From the NCBI GenBank assembly GCA_965541585.1, contig CBEUCH010000014.1, positions 12,670 to 76,669 of the forward strand: a DNA stretch of 64,000 nt, in the 5' to 3' direction. Position 1 is the first letter of the stretch; every line of letters starts with the position of its first letter. The translations under genes were made by a program, and so were the position numbers. The DNA comes from an uncultured bacterium (GTDB lineage Bacteria; Zixibacteria; MSB-5A5; UBA10806). Shown one piece after another: positions 1-9,638 of the stretch. The notes beneath the pieces were generated by a model, which saw only the letters and a program-made list of their open reading frames with translations, was not told where the DNA came from and did no database searches.

Positions 1-494
1 GGGGAATCAAGGTTAACAGGGTAGAGATACAGAGGATCGACCCGCCGATGGATATCACCGAGGCAATGAGCCGTCAGATGAAGGCCGAGCGCGACAAGCG
101 GGCGGCGATCCTGGAGGCCGAGGGTGTCAAGCAGGCCGATATTACGACGGCAGAGGGTTCCAAGCAGGCGACCATTCTGGAGGCCGAGGGTAAAGCCGTG
201 GCCGTGAAGAAAATCGCCGATGCGGAAAAATACAGGAAAATTGCCGAGGCCGCCGGGGAGGGGGAGGCTATCATCAATGTGTTTTCCGCTATACATAAGG
301 GCGCGCCCGATGATAAACTGATAACGCTGAAATATCTTGAGGCGCTTAAGGGCATGGCCGACGGTCAGGCCACGAAATTCTTCATTCCATATGAGGCATC
401 CGCTCTCATTTCGGGGCTGGGGGCGATTGCCGATGTCTTGAAGCCTGAAATGAAAACCGGGCTGAAAGAAGAGTCTGATACCGGGGGAGATTAG
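1..494 (+). CDS. SPFH/band-7 (stomatin/prohibitin-like) protein, C-terminal part; the gene starts upstream of the window
   Basis: ORF 48..494 continues in frame to the window edge. Ala/Glu-rich tail with repeated ILEAEG/AEAEG-type motifs, as in SPFH-family C-termini. Confidence 0.55.
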   Translation, partial: GIKVNRVEIQRIDPPMDITEAMSRQMKAERDKRAAILEAEGVKQADITTAEGSKQATILEAEGKAVAVKKIADAEKYRKIAEAAGEGEAIINVFSAIHKGAPDDKLITLKYLEALKGMADGQATKFFIPYEASALISGLGAIADVLKPEMKTGLKEESDTGGD

Positions 495-495
495 C

Positions 496-939
496 ATGGA
501 ACAGGTTAAATCGTTGGTTGCCGGCAAACGTTTGACGTTCGTCAAGCCCGAGATGACCGTATTCGAGACAGTCGCAAAAATGGCCGACACCAAAATCGGA
601 GCGGTGATTGTTCTCGATGACAGCAAGCTTGTGGGGATATTTACCGAGCGTGACCTTCTTAACAGGGTCGTCAGCGTTGGCAAGGACCCTCAGAAGACGA
701 AGATATCGGACGTGATGACCAGGGATGTCGCCGTCTGCAATGCCGACGATACCTATGAGAGTTGCTTAGCCCAGATGAGAAAGATTGGCTGCCGTCATAT
801 GCCGGTGGTCGAGGGCGATAAATTGCTGGGAGTGCTATCCATACGGGATCTGTTGAGACATCATATATCGGTTCAGGACGCCGAGATAAAAATGATGAGC
901 TCTCTATATCAATACCAGCCACCGGACATGGAATATTAA
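496..939 (+). CDS. CBS-pair domain protein
   Basis: 147 aa with two CBS-like modules (GAVIVLDD..LVGIFTERDLL and VMTRDVAVC...HMPVV..LLGVLSIRDLL). Starts 2 bp after the upstream stop, so probably co-operonic. Confidence 0.75.
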   Translation: MEQVKSLVAGKRLTFVKPEMTVFETVAKMADTKIGAVIVLDDSKLVGIFTERDLLNRVVSVGKDPQKTKISDVMTRDVAVCNADDTYESCLAQMRKIGCRHMPVVEGDKLLGVLSIRDLLRHHISVQDAEIKMMSSLYQYQPPDMEY

Positions 940-1147
940 GCAGGCTAAAACGGCTGGCAGGCATTCAGTTAACATATAAGTATAGACGATTTTTCGTTTC
1001 TTTATGAATGTTGCGGGTTGTCTGATTTAATCTCACAGGCAAATATCATCTGAAAAAGCAAAATAGTTGATGCGATAATTCTTACTATTTAGTATTATAT
1101 GTTTATGAGACAGGCCCGCGGAGGTTTTTTTACCACCTGAAAAAGTT

Positions 1148-2407
1148 ATGATATTCAGTCCGGAAAAGAGACGCCTCATTTTCATTCTTCTTGCGTTGTT
1201 GTTGGCGTTGACGACTCATTATGGTCCGGTTAAGGCTCAGGAGAGCATTTCTGAAGCGCCGATAATAGATCCGGATTCGGGTTTCATCTTTAGCTACAGC
1301 CTGCTGGCGCCGCCGCCGGGCCCGCCGACAGATCTTACGGCCGGCGATCTACCGAATGATCCGGGAGGAGCGGTCACGGTTGGCTGGAGAAAGGCTCCGG
1401 GCGACAACAGCATTTTCCACGCGGTACTGGGTTATCTTCTTTTTCGGTCAAGGTCGCCGGATACCGGTTTCGTTCTCCTGACAAGACTTCCAGCCGGCGC
1501 CGGCGGTTATTCCGATTCAGACACGTCGTTGGTCAACGGGGGAAATTATTATTATAAGGCAGCCTCGATCTATGAATCTGATACTCTATTTGCAGGAGTA
1601 GCCGGGCCCGCAGTTCCGAGGGCTCAGTTTTTTCATTCAAAGAGAATTCCGGTGCTTCTTTTTATGCTTCTTTTTACAGGCGCCGCTCTATATCTGATTT
1701 CCCACTCCAAGCGCGGAGGCAAGCTGTATATCCGCCCTATCGCCGGCATCGATGCGGTCGACGAGGCAATCGGGCGGGCGACAGAGATGGGCCGGCCGAT
1801 ATTGTTCGTTCCCGGGCTGGGCGAGGCCTCGCGCGTGGCAACCATTGCGGCCTTCACTATACTTGGCCGGGTAGCGAGAAAGGTAGCCGAATACCAAACC
1901 AGGATCATCGTACCGAATTACGATCCGGTGGTCATGACCATCTGCCAGGAAGTCGTAAAAGAGGCTTATACGTCTGCGGGCAGGCCCGAGGCTTACGATG
2001 CTAAGGACGTCTATTTTGTGACTCAGGATCAGTTTCCATATACGGCCTCTGTCAACGGTACCATGCTGAGGGAACGGCCGGCCACCAATTTCTATATGGG
2101 CATGTTTTATGCTGAATCGCTGATTCTGGCGGAGACAGGTTTCGTCGCCGGTTCCATTCAGATTGCCGGGACCGACCAGTTGATTCAGATCCCGTTTTTC
2201 GTAGCCGCCTGCGATTACACCTTGATGGGCGAGGAACTTTACGCCGCCTCTGCATATCTCTCACAGGAACCTCAGCAGATTGGCACCTTGAAGGCTCAGG
2301 ATTGGGGTAAGGTATTGGCTATCGCGCTGATGTTTGCCGGTGTTATCGCATATTTGTTCGGGAATGGCGCAGGGGAGGCGTTGACCACCTGGGTCACGGG
2401 AGGATAG
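1148..2407 (+). CDS. hypothetical exported/membrane protein: signal peptide, Pro-rich region, central TM segment, conserved C-terminal domain
   Basis: 419 aa ORF with N-terminal hydrophobic leader (LIFILLALLLALTT) and a mid-protein TM stretch (IPVLLFMLLFTGAALYLI). No motif recognised by eye. Confidence 0.5.
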   Translation: MIFSPEKRRLIFILLALLLALTTHYGPVKAQESISEAPIIDPDSGFIFSYSLLAPPPGPPTDLTAGDLPNDPGGAVTVGWRKAPGDNSIFHAVLGYLLFRSRSPDTGFVLLTRLPAGAGGYSDSDTSLVNGGNYYYKAASIYESDTLFAGVAGPAVPRAQFFHSKRIPVLLFMLLFTGAALYLISHSKRGGKLYIRPIAGIDAVDEAIGRATEMGRPILFVPGLGEASRVATIAAFTILGRVARKVAEYQTRIIVPNYDPVVMTICQEVVKEAYTSAGRPEAYDAKDVYFVTQDQFPYTASVNGTMLRERPATNFYMGMFYAESLILAETGFVAGSIQIAGTDQLIQIPFFVAACDYTLMGEELYAASAYLSQEPQQIGTLKAQDWGKVLAIALMFAGVIAYLFGNGAGEALTTWVTGG

Positions 2408-2475
2408 ACCAACAAGATGAGTATGCCGATTGCTGCAATAGAACAGCACCGACAAACGAACGGTCAGGCTATTAG

Positions 2476-3126
2476 ATGAGACGGGAAGTCCCCTTAGGGA
2501 TAGTCTTTGTCTGCGGCGCCTTCATGGCCCTTCAGTTTTTTGTACCGCACTATGTATCGGCTACCATATATCAGTATGCTCTGAACTGGACCATTATCAT
2601 CGGCATATTTACGCTGGTGGTCGGGATCGGCTCATTGGTGAATCTTCACTATGACAGGGTTTCCAAACAGAAAGAGAACTGGCCTTATTCAATTGTGACG
2701 CTTACGGCGCTTCTTTTCATGACGGTAATCGGTCTATTTTCTCCCGATGCTCTCCAGAACACCAAGGGCCTCTTTATGAAAATGTATTTTTATGTCTTAT
2801 CGCCGGTTCAGGCGACCATGTTCGCGCTCCTGGCGTTCTTTATCGCTTCGGCGGCTTATCGCGCTTTCAGAGCCAAGACATTACTGGCGACTTTGCTTTT
2901 GCTCTCGGCCGCTGTGGTTATGCTGGGGCGGGTGCCGATCGGCGATATGCTGACAGGCTGGCTGCCCGAGGGTTTGAGGTTCTCCGACATCGCCAAATAT
3001 ATTCTCGATTACCCGAACACCGCGGCCAAGCGGGCAATCTATATAGGCGTAGGGCTGGGCATAGCTGCCACCTCGCTTAAGATCATCCTGGGCATTGAGA
3101 GAACCTGGCTGGGTGGAGGGAAATGA
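2476..3126 (+). CDS. hypothetical polytopic membrane protein
   Basis: 216 aa with several hydrophobic helices. Overlaps the next ORF by 4 bp (operon). Confidence 0.5.
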   Translation: MRREVPLGIVFVCGAFMALQFFVPHYVSATIYQYALNWTIIIGIFTLVVGIGSLVNLHYDRVSKQKENWPYSIVTLTALLFMTVIGLFSPDALQNTKGLFMKMYFYVLSPVQATMFALLAFFIASAAYRAFRAKTLLATLLLLSAAVVMLGRVPIGDMLTGWLPEGLRFSDIAKYILDYPNTAAKRAIYIGVGLGIAATSLKIILGIERTWLGGGK

Positions 3127-3959
3127 TGGCGCAGGGGATCTGGCAAAAATTATTAGATCTCGACCGCAGATGGATATATCTCGTCATCGGTATAGTTACT
3201 TTCATACCGATGCTCAGATATATCGGGCTGCCGATCAAGATCACGCCGGAGGTGATAGCGGTTTATGATAGAATAGAATCGCAACCTCCCGGAACAGTAG
3301 TCATGGTACCCATGGAGTTCAGTCCGTCTACAATGGCCGAGCTTGAACCGATGGCCAGGGCGGTCTTGATTCACTGCTTTTCGCGGGATTTGAGGGTCAT
3401 ATCAACAGCGCTGCAGATTGACGGAGTGATTTTGATCGAACAGGTTTTAAGAGAATCGGCGGCGGAGTACGGCAAAAAATATGGCGAAGATTATGTTTTC
3501 CTGGGATATAAACCGTATCCCGAAATGGTCATTTTAGGAATGGGAGAAAATTTCCGCAATAATTTCCCTAAAGACTATTATAATAATGATCTCGACGATT
3601 TGCCGATGATGGCAGGGGTCAATAATTATTCCAGTGTTTCCTTCATTGTAAATATTAACGCCACTTCGGGAGTCGATTACTGGATTAACTATGCTAACGG
3701 CAGCTACGGTGTGCCCCTGGCTCTGGGCGTTACCGCGGTCATCGCCACCGACTATTACGCCTTCCTGCAGTCGGAGCAGATTTTCGGCCTGATGGGCGGG
3801 CTGAAGGGTGCCGCCGAATATGAGAGGCTTATCGGACGACCAAAAGATGTCGCCAATCGCGCCATGACCTCGGTTTCGGTGGCGCACGTATTCATTCTAC
3901 TCTTCATAATCCTGGGTAACGTGGCCTTCTTTGCCGCACGCCGATCGGAACGGAGCTGA
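3123..3959 (+). CDS. hypothetical membrane-anchored protein
   Basis: 278 aa with N- and C-terminal hydrophobic segments. Tightly packed with its neighbours. Confidence 0.5.
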   Translation: MMAQGIWQKLLDLDRRWIYLVIGIVTFIPMLRYIGLPIKITPEVIAVYDRIESQPPGTVVMVPMEFSPSTMAELEPMARAVLIHCFSRDLRVISTALQIDGVILIEQVLRESAAEYGKKYGEDYVFLGYKPYPEMVILGMGENFRNNFPKDYYNNDLDDLPMMAGVNNYSSVSFIVNINATSGVDYWINYANGSYGVPLALGVTAVIATDYYAFLQSEQIFGLMGGLKGAAEYERLIGRPKDVANRAMTSVSVAHVFILLFIILGNVAFFAARRSERS

Positions 3960-3962
3960 GTT

Positions 3963-4715
3963 ATGGAATCAATATCCCTTGGCGCAATGTTCTGGATGAC
4001 AATAGCGGCCTTTCTGACCCTTTGCATATTTTCCTTTCTCTATCGGGATAACCCGTTTTACAGATTTGCCGAACACCTGATTGTGGGCATATCCGCGGGA
4101 TACTGGATAGTCGTACTGTATCACACATCATTGACCATCCTGTGGATCGAACCATTACTTGCGTCCGTAAAAGCTTTCTCCAGCTCTGAAGGATCCTTCC
4201 TGGGCAAAACGGGGATGCTCATTGTGAGTATCATGCCGGGAGCCATCGGACTGTTGATGTTCAGCAGGTTTTTCAAAAAGACATCCTGGATCTCACGATG
4301 GCCCATCGCATTCTATCTCGGCGTTTCGGCAGGGGTGGCCTTACCTCGGTTTCTGCAAAGTTTCGTAATCAGGCAGGTGGCGGCCAATATGATAGATCCC
4401 AGGGCAATTTATAACACCATGTCATCGGACCTGACCATATTATTCACCTACGGCAACAGCACTATGCAGTTCTGGCAGGGACTGGGCCAGATTATAATAC
4501 TCCTGGGGACCATCTGCGGTCTGGCTTATTTCTATTTTTCCGCCGAGCATAAGGGTATTTTCGGTGGGGCCGCCAAGATCGGGATATGGATATTGATGAT
4601 CGGGTTTGGCGCCACGTTCGGGTATACCGTCATGGCGCGCATCTCGCTTTTGATCGGACGTTTCAATTTTCTGATCGGCTGGGTTTCCGCTCTGGGTGAG
4701 CTCTTTAGAACGTAG
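3963..4715 (+). CDS. hypothetical polytopic membrane protein
   Basis: 250 aa with about 6-7 predicted TM helices. Starts 4 bp after the upstream stop. Confidence 0.5.
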   Translation: MESISLGAMFWMTIAAFLTLCIFSFLYRDNPFYRFAEHLIVGISAGYWIVVLYHTSLTILWIEPLLASVKAFSSSEGSFLGKTGMLIVSIMPGAIGLLMFSRFFKKTSWISRWPIAFYLGVSAGVALPRFLQSFVIRQVAANMIDPRAIYNTMSSDLTILFTYGNSTMQFWQGLGQIIILLGTICGLAYFYFSAEHKGIFGGAAKIGIWILMIGFGATFGYTVMARISLLIGRFNFLIGWVSALGELFRT

Positions 4716-4756
4716 AGGAACTCTTTACAAACTTAAATATGTTTTAATCATCGGCC

Positions 4757-6571
4757 ATGAATGCCGCGATAATTTTCATTATAACGCTGATTCTGACACT
4801 GGTTTCGGTTTCGGAATTTGCGCTGGCAAAGGGAGTGGTTTGCCTATACGACAGCACCGATATCGAGGTGAAAAAGAACTTATCGGCGGTCGTTAAGGTA
4901 TTCAAGACCTTTGAGATTACCACCGAAGCGGGAGCGAGATTCGCGGAGGTGACTGTTCCCCTGAACGATTTTATAAAGATAAAAGATATCAAGGGCTACA
5001 CTCTTCTGCCGGGCGGGCGCAGAGTAAAGCTCAAATCGCAAGACGTTCAAAGGGCGTCCGCCACCAGAATTCGGGAGTTCGGGGGCACACGGTTGTTGTT
5101 GATATCCCTCAGGTCTCCCGCAGTTGGCGCCATAATTCATTATGAATACACCTTGGATATAAGGAGCCTGCTGTACCTGCCTCGTATTACCCGCGATACC
5201 TCATATCCTACCGAGCGATTCGTGGTGCGCCTCAGGTGGCATAAAAATGTTAAACTGAATTATGATTTTAACGGTCTGGAAATAGAATTGTCAAAAAAGG
5301 ATATCAGATTTCATGCGGAGAATCTCCCGGAATTGCCGGCTGAGAATCAGTCCTGTCCGGATGACCTGTATCTGCTTTTGAGCACCGAGGCCTTCGCATA
5401 TGGTAAGATGAAATACCACTCAAGATCCTGGGCTGATGTCGGCCGGTTTTTTGCGCAGCAGGCCCTCCAGTCGGAGGAATCTTTAATAGAGGCGGGGCGG
5501 CTGGCATCGAGACTGGCCGGAGGATCTCTATCTCGCGAGGATACTCTGAAAGCCCTGTTCGATTTTGTGGCCGATTCGGTTTCCTACGTGGCGTTAGAAA
5601 TAGGCAGAGGTGATTTCGAGCCGCACTCCTGCGGCCGCATAATCGAGCGGCGTTTCGGAGATTGCAAGGATCAATCGGTTCTGCTTAGCTCGCTTTTCAG
5701 GAGCGTGGGTATCGATGCCTATCCGGCTTTAGTTTTCACAGGAGATTATCCCAGAGTGAGCGATCTTCATCCCTGGCCGGCATTTTTCGATCATGCCGTG
5801 GTAGTTGTCAAGGAGCCCCGGAGTAATCTGGTTCTGGATCCCAGCGATCCGCTGTCATCTATCAATTCGCCGCCTCCTCGTCTGCAGGGCAAGAGCTTTA
5901 TAGTGGCCGACGGTTACTCCGGATTGCAGGAGCCTGATCCGAGCTCTAAGCCATCCCGTGGAATTATCTGGCAATTCACCATAACGGAGGAAATCTCTGG
6001 TGGGCTAAGTGTGGATTTTTCACTTAAGTATCTGAACGATGCGGCCATATCAGCAGGTGAGAGGTACGGTAATAATCACCGGCAACAATTATACGAACCG
6101 GTTGTGACGGCCCTTCAGGATGCCGGCTGGCAGATGTCATCTATTGATTTTCAACCGGTCGTAAAAGGTTTGGATTCGCTGGTTATCGCCGGCCGATTTC
6201 GAATATCAGATGATAATATTCGCCCGCTTGGGAATCTGGCCGTAGGTTCTCCGCTGGTCTCATACCTGTTGGATAATCTCTTCGGACAGGTAAGGGAAGG
6301 AGACTATTGCCATAACGGTTCTATTCTCCTCGAAGAATCGGTGCGGATCAGGTTGTCTCCGCACCTGCTAGTTGATATAGCCGAATATCATGATCTGTGG
6401 CTGCGCGACAGTCTGGAATTTTCAGATGAGATCTCTTTTGACGATGGTTCGGTGCTTTTTCGTCGGGCATTCGATTTTGCAGGTGGCATGATCAGCGCTG
6501 ACGATTATAACAATTTCCGCGATTATATCCTCTCCGCGAGAAACCAGCGGTATGTCCAGATCAGCCGATAG
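4757..6571 (+). CDS. transglutaminase-like cysteine protease superfamily protein (DUF3857-type N-terminal region plus TGase-like core)
   Basis: Signal peptide. Core motif ..EPHSCGRIIERRFGDCKDQSVLLSSLFRSVGIDAYPALVF...HPWPAFFDHAVVVV.. fits a Cys-His-Asp transglutaminase-like core. Confidence 0.6.
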   Translation: MNAAIIFIITLILTLVSVSEFALAKGVVCLYDSTDIEVKKNLSAVVKVFKTFEITTEAGARFAEVTVPLNDFIKIKDIKGYTLLPGGRRVKLKSQDVQRASATRIREFGGTRLLLISLRSPAVGAIIHYEYTLDIRSLLYLPRITRDTSYPTERFVVRLRWHKNVKLNYDFNGLEIELSKKDIRFHAENLPELPAENQSCPDDLYLLLSTEAFAYGKMKYHSRSWADVGRFFAQQALQSEESLIEAGRLASRLAGGSLSREDTLKALFDFVADSVSYVALEIGRGDFEPHSCGRIIERRFGDCKDQSVLLSSLFRSVGIDAYPALVFTGDYPRVSDLHPWPAFFDHAVVVVKEPRSNLVLDPSDPLSSINSPPPRLQGKSFIVADGYSGLQEPDPSSKPSRGIIWQFTITEEISGGLSVDFSLKYLNDAAISAGERYGNNHRQQLYEPVVTALQDAGWQMSSIDFQPVVKGLDSLVIAGRFRISDDNIRPLGNLAVGSPLVSYLLDNLFGQVREGDYCHNGSILLEESVRIRLSPHLLVDIAEYHDLWLRDSLEFSDEISFDDGSVLFRRAFDFAGGMISADDYNNFRDYILSARNQRYVQISR

Positions 6572-8471
6572 ATTCTTTATTCGCAGACGCCTGTTGGCCT
6601 GTTTCCTGCCGATCCTGGGCTTCTTCTTCTTGCCGTCGGTGTGCGGCTCGCAGTCCGTCTTCGAGGAGCTGCGTGGTCGATATCGCCTTGTTTATGATTC
6701 TACATTCATCTGGCCCGACGGCAAGGGCGGATTCGATTACGTCAGACGATTCATATCTGAGGTAGTCCTTGCAGAGGATGGAAGGGGTGTGCTCTCACGC
6801 CCGGCGACCCCGATTCTGAAAAAGGAAGATGAGATCGGGATAACAGCCTATACCGTGCTGCCATCCGGGGAAATTCATTATGCAGATTCAACCGATCTGG
6901 TCACCAGGACTTTTCCCGGAGACGCCAGGAGAATCTTCGTCAATTTCCGGCAACCGGAACCGGGTGCGATGCTGCATTTTGAATGGACCCTGATATCGAA
7001 AAAGGCGAACATATCCGGTAAGCGTTTCCTGGGCAGGACGGTCGGAGTCGATTCAGCGATAATCATTATAACTGTTCCGGAGACCTGGGTTTTCAATTTC
7101 GCGATCTCCCCGGAACTTGCTGTCAGAGAGGCAAGACTAAGAGAGCGACTTGTAGATGGCCCCGCCCGGGTAAGCTATTCCTGGGCTGCGACGAATCTTG
7201 GCCCCCTGAATATTGAGGAGTTTTCCCCACCTGTCCATCGAATGATATACTGCGTTTATTTTTCTCTATCGCTCGATGTTGGATGGCCCGATCCTGAATT
7301 GCAGAAGGTAAGCTGGGCGAAGATCGCAAAGCTCTATTACACCGAATTACAAGATTTCATCAAAGAGAGCTCGTCTATCGATCGGATTGTCGATTCGCTA
7401 GATGCCCTGGTTTCGGATGATAGGGAGGCGGCCGAAGCCGCCTTCGATTGGGTCAGAGGGAATTTCATACCTCAATATCCCGGCATATCGTTTTCCAAAC
7501 GGTTAGACGAGGTTATTGAACGGGGCAGGGGAACCCGGGCGGAGGGGGCGGCAATTCTGTATGCGATTCTTCAAAAGTTGGTTATTCCCTGCGCCCCTTA
7601 TCTGGCAGCCTCCCACGACACTGGAGATCCGATGCCGGATCTGCCCGGCCTTTTCTGGTTCGATCGGGTGCTGGTGGCCTGTTTCCTGGATGGAGACACG
7701 ATCTGGACAGATCCTTCTTATCCGGCAATAGAGCTGGGTATTCTGCCGTTCGAGGATCAGAATATCCCGGTGCTTCGTCTCGATGAAGCCACCGCGGAAT
7801 TCGCCTCCACACCCGATATCGATTACCATGACAACGGCAAAGCGATTCATCTAAAGCTCGATATCGATTCGTCAGGAGCGCTATATGGTGAGGCAACTGA
7901 AATATATTCAGGGGCGTTGATAGCCGAAATATCCTCTTATATGTTCAGCCTGGAAGAGGAGCAGAGAAAAATGCCCTGGGAGAGGAAGCTGGCCAAATCC
8001 TTTCCGGGGGTGAAGCTTCTGAGGTTCGTTTCTATTCCTCCGGTGGCGGAGGGCGAGGCTTATCGGGTCGGCTATACATTTACCACGGGGCCGATAATCA
8101 GGCCTTTCGCCAGGCGGGCATATATCCCGATGGATCTCCTGGGGCGATGGGAGGATTTGCCCGCGCTACCGCCGGGAAGCAGGCAATTCCCGATCGAGCT
8201 CCGCAGGCCGAGGTTTGAATTTGAGAGGATTACGCTGAATATCTCGCCTGCTCTGGAGGTGGAATACATCCCCAAGAATTTTTCCATGAATAGCTATATC
8301 GGCGAGATATATTCGGTAGCGCGAAAAGACGAAAATACCATTACGATTACCCGGGGTTTTGGCCTGAAGAGATCGAAGCTTCCGCTCTCGGCATATAAAT
8401 CGCTCAGAAGATTTTTCAACGCAGCGCGAACTGAGGCCGATAAGCAGATCATTTTAAGAAGGATTGATTGA
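6552..8471 (+). CDS. DUF3858/transglutaminase-like partner protein (core possibly degenerate)
   Basis: 639 aa overlapping the previous gene by 20 bp. Region RGTRAEGAAILYAILQKLVIPCAPYL...FDRVLVACFLDGDTIWTDPSYP resembles a TGase-like fold. The paired DUF3857/DUF3858 arrangement is a known pattern. Confidence 0.45.
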   Translation: MSRSADRFFIRRRLLACFLPILGFFFLPSVCGSQSVFEELRGRYRLVYDSTFIWPDGKGGFDYVRRFISEVVLAEDGRGVLSRPATPILKKEDEIGITAYTVLPSGEIHYADSTDLVTRTFPGDARRIFVNFRQPEPGAMLHFEWTLISKKANISGKRFLGRTVGVDSAIIIITVPETWVFNFAISPELAVREARLRERLVDGPARVSYSWAATNLGPLNIEEFSPPVHRMIYCVYFSLSLDVGWPDPELQKVSWAKIAKLYYTELQDFIKESSSIDRIVDSLDALVSDDREAAEAAFDWVRGNFIPQYPGISFSKRLDEVIERGRGTRAEGAAILYAILQKLVIPCAPYLAASHDTGDPMPDLPGLFWFDRVLVACFLDGDTIWTDPSYPAIELGILPFEDQNIPVLRLDEATAEFASTPDIDYHDNGKAIHLKLDIDSSGALYGEATEIYSGALIAEISSYMFSLEEEQRKMPWERKLAKSFPGVKLLRFVSIPPVAEGEAYRVGYTFTTGPIIRPFARRAYIPMDLLGRWEDLPALPPGSRQFPIELRRPRFEFERITLNISPALEVEYIPKNFSMNSYIGEIYSVARKDENTITITRGFGLKRSKLPLSAYKSLRRFFNAARTEADKQIILRRID

Positions 8472-8474
8472 GCG

Positions 8475-9284
8475 ATGCCGGAGTTGCCGGAGGTTGAGAC
8501 CATCGTAAGAGATCTCAAGGGACGAGTGATCGGGGCGGAGATCCGGGGAGTCAGCTTTCTAAATGGGTCGATATGGCGCAACGGCAAACCTCCTTCACGA
8601 TCCCTGATTCAAAGGAAGATCGAAAATATAGATCGCAAGGGCAAAAACATCCTCATACATCTTTCCAAAAACCGCACGCTGGTTGTACATCTGAAGATGA
8701 CGGGGAGATTGACGTTCGAGGCCTCCGGAGTTCCGCTGGTCAAGCATACGCATTTTGCGATCAAGCTTGATAATGGAGAACTTCGGTTTAACGATGTCAG
8801 GCGGTTTGGCTATCTCGATCTTGTGAAATCATCTGAACTTGACAAAATAGGTTATCTATCACGACTGGGACCTGATCCTCTCCTGATAGCTGAAGATGAA
8901 TTTATCAGGATCATCCGGTTGAAAAGGCGGATCATTAAATCTTTACTATTAGACCAGAGAATCATCTCCGGCCTGGGGAATATTTACACCGACGAGGCGT
9001 TGTTCCTGGCGGGGATACATCCGCGAAGAATCTCCTGTGGTCTTAGCCGAAAACGCTTAGGACAACTCTACCAGGCAATAATTGAGATATTGAATGCGGC
9101 GATCGAGGGCCGGGGCTCATCCGTCGGCGATTATGTGGATGGCTCAGGTTTGCCGGGCTTCTACCAGGAACGCCACAAGGTATACGGTCGCGAAGGGCAA
9201 CCATGTTTTCAGTGTGATAGACCTATTAAAAGGGAGATTATCGGCAGCCGGTCTGCGCATTTCTGCACGCGCTGCCAGAGGTAG
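8475..9284 (+). CDS. mutM: formamidopyrimidine-DNA glycosylase
   Basis: Canonical N-terminus MPELPEVETI, H2TH region, and C-terminal zinc finger CFQCDRPIKREIIGSRSAHFCTRCQR. Confidence 0.9.
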   Translation: MPELPEVETIVRDLKGRVIGAEIRGVSFLNGSIWRNGKPPSRSLIQRKIENIDRKGKNILIHLSKNRTLVVHLKMTGRLTFEASGVPLVKHTHFAIKLDNGELRFNDVRRFGYLDLVKSSELDKIGYLSRLGPDPLLIAEDEFIRIIRLKRRIIKSLLLDQRIISGLGNIYTDEALFLAGIHPRRISCGLSRKRLGQLYQAIIEILNAAIEGRGSSVGDYVDGSGLPGFYQERHKVYGREGQPCFQCDRPIKREIIGSRSAHFCTRCQR

Positions 9285-9432
9285 ACATTTGGAGGATGAG
9301 ATCGCTTCGTCGTCTCATACGAGTCGTACGACCTGCGGACTCCTCGCGATGACGAAACCTCCCGCTGACATTCCCGATCCTACAGATCCGTAGGACCCCG
9401 GTCAGGAATCCAGCGCAGAGGCTTCCCTATGG

Positions 9433-9452
9433 ATTCCCGCGTGCGCGGGAAT
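9433..9452 (+). terminator. candidate hairpin downstream of mutM
   Basis: Inverted repeat attcccgcg-tgc-gcgggaat followed by an AT-rich stretch. About 150 bp after the mutM stop. Confidence 0.25.
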
Positions 9453-9638
9453 GACATTATTATCTTTATACAGCAGGGGCGAGGTTACCTCGCCCCTACA
9501 AACATGATTATTATTATCTCAAATATATTAATTTTATGGTCGTTGAATTCCGTGGAGTCTTTGCTCTGGCGAAATAGATTCCGGATGAGATTTTATTTCC
9601 CAGGGCATCCCGGGCGTCCCATATGATTTTTCCCTCCT

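Noticed and set aside
74-964. Antisense ORFs 74..355 (-) and 671..964 (-)
   Set aside because: They fully overlap the well-supported SPFH and CBS genes on the opposite strand. Typical shadow ORFs.
9429-9626. 65 aa ORF in the mutM-BNR intergenic region
   Set aside because: AT-rich and low-complexity (IIIISNILIL), with no RBS. More likely promoter or terminator space.
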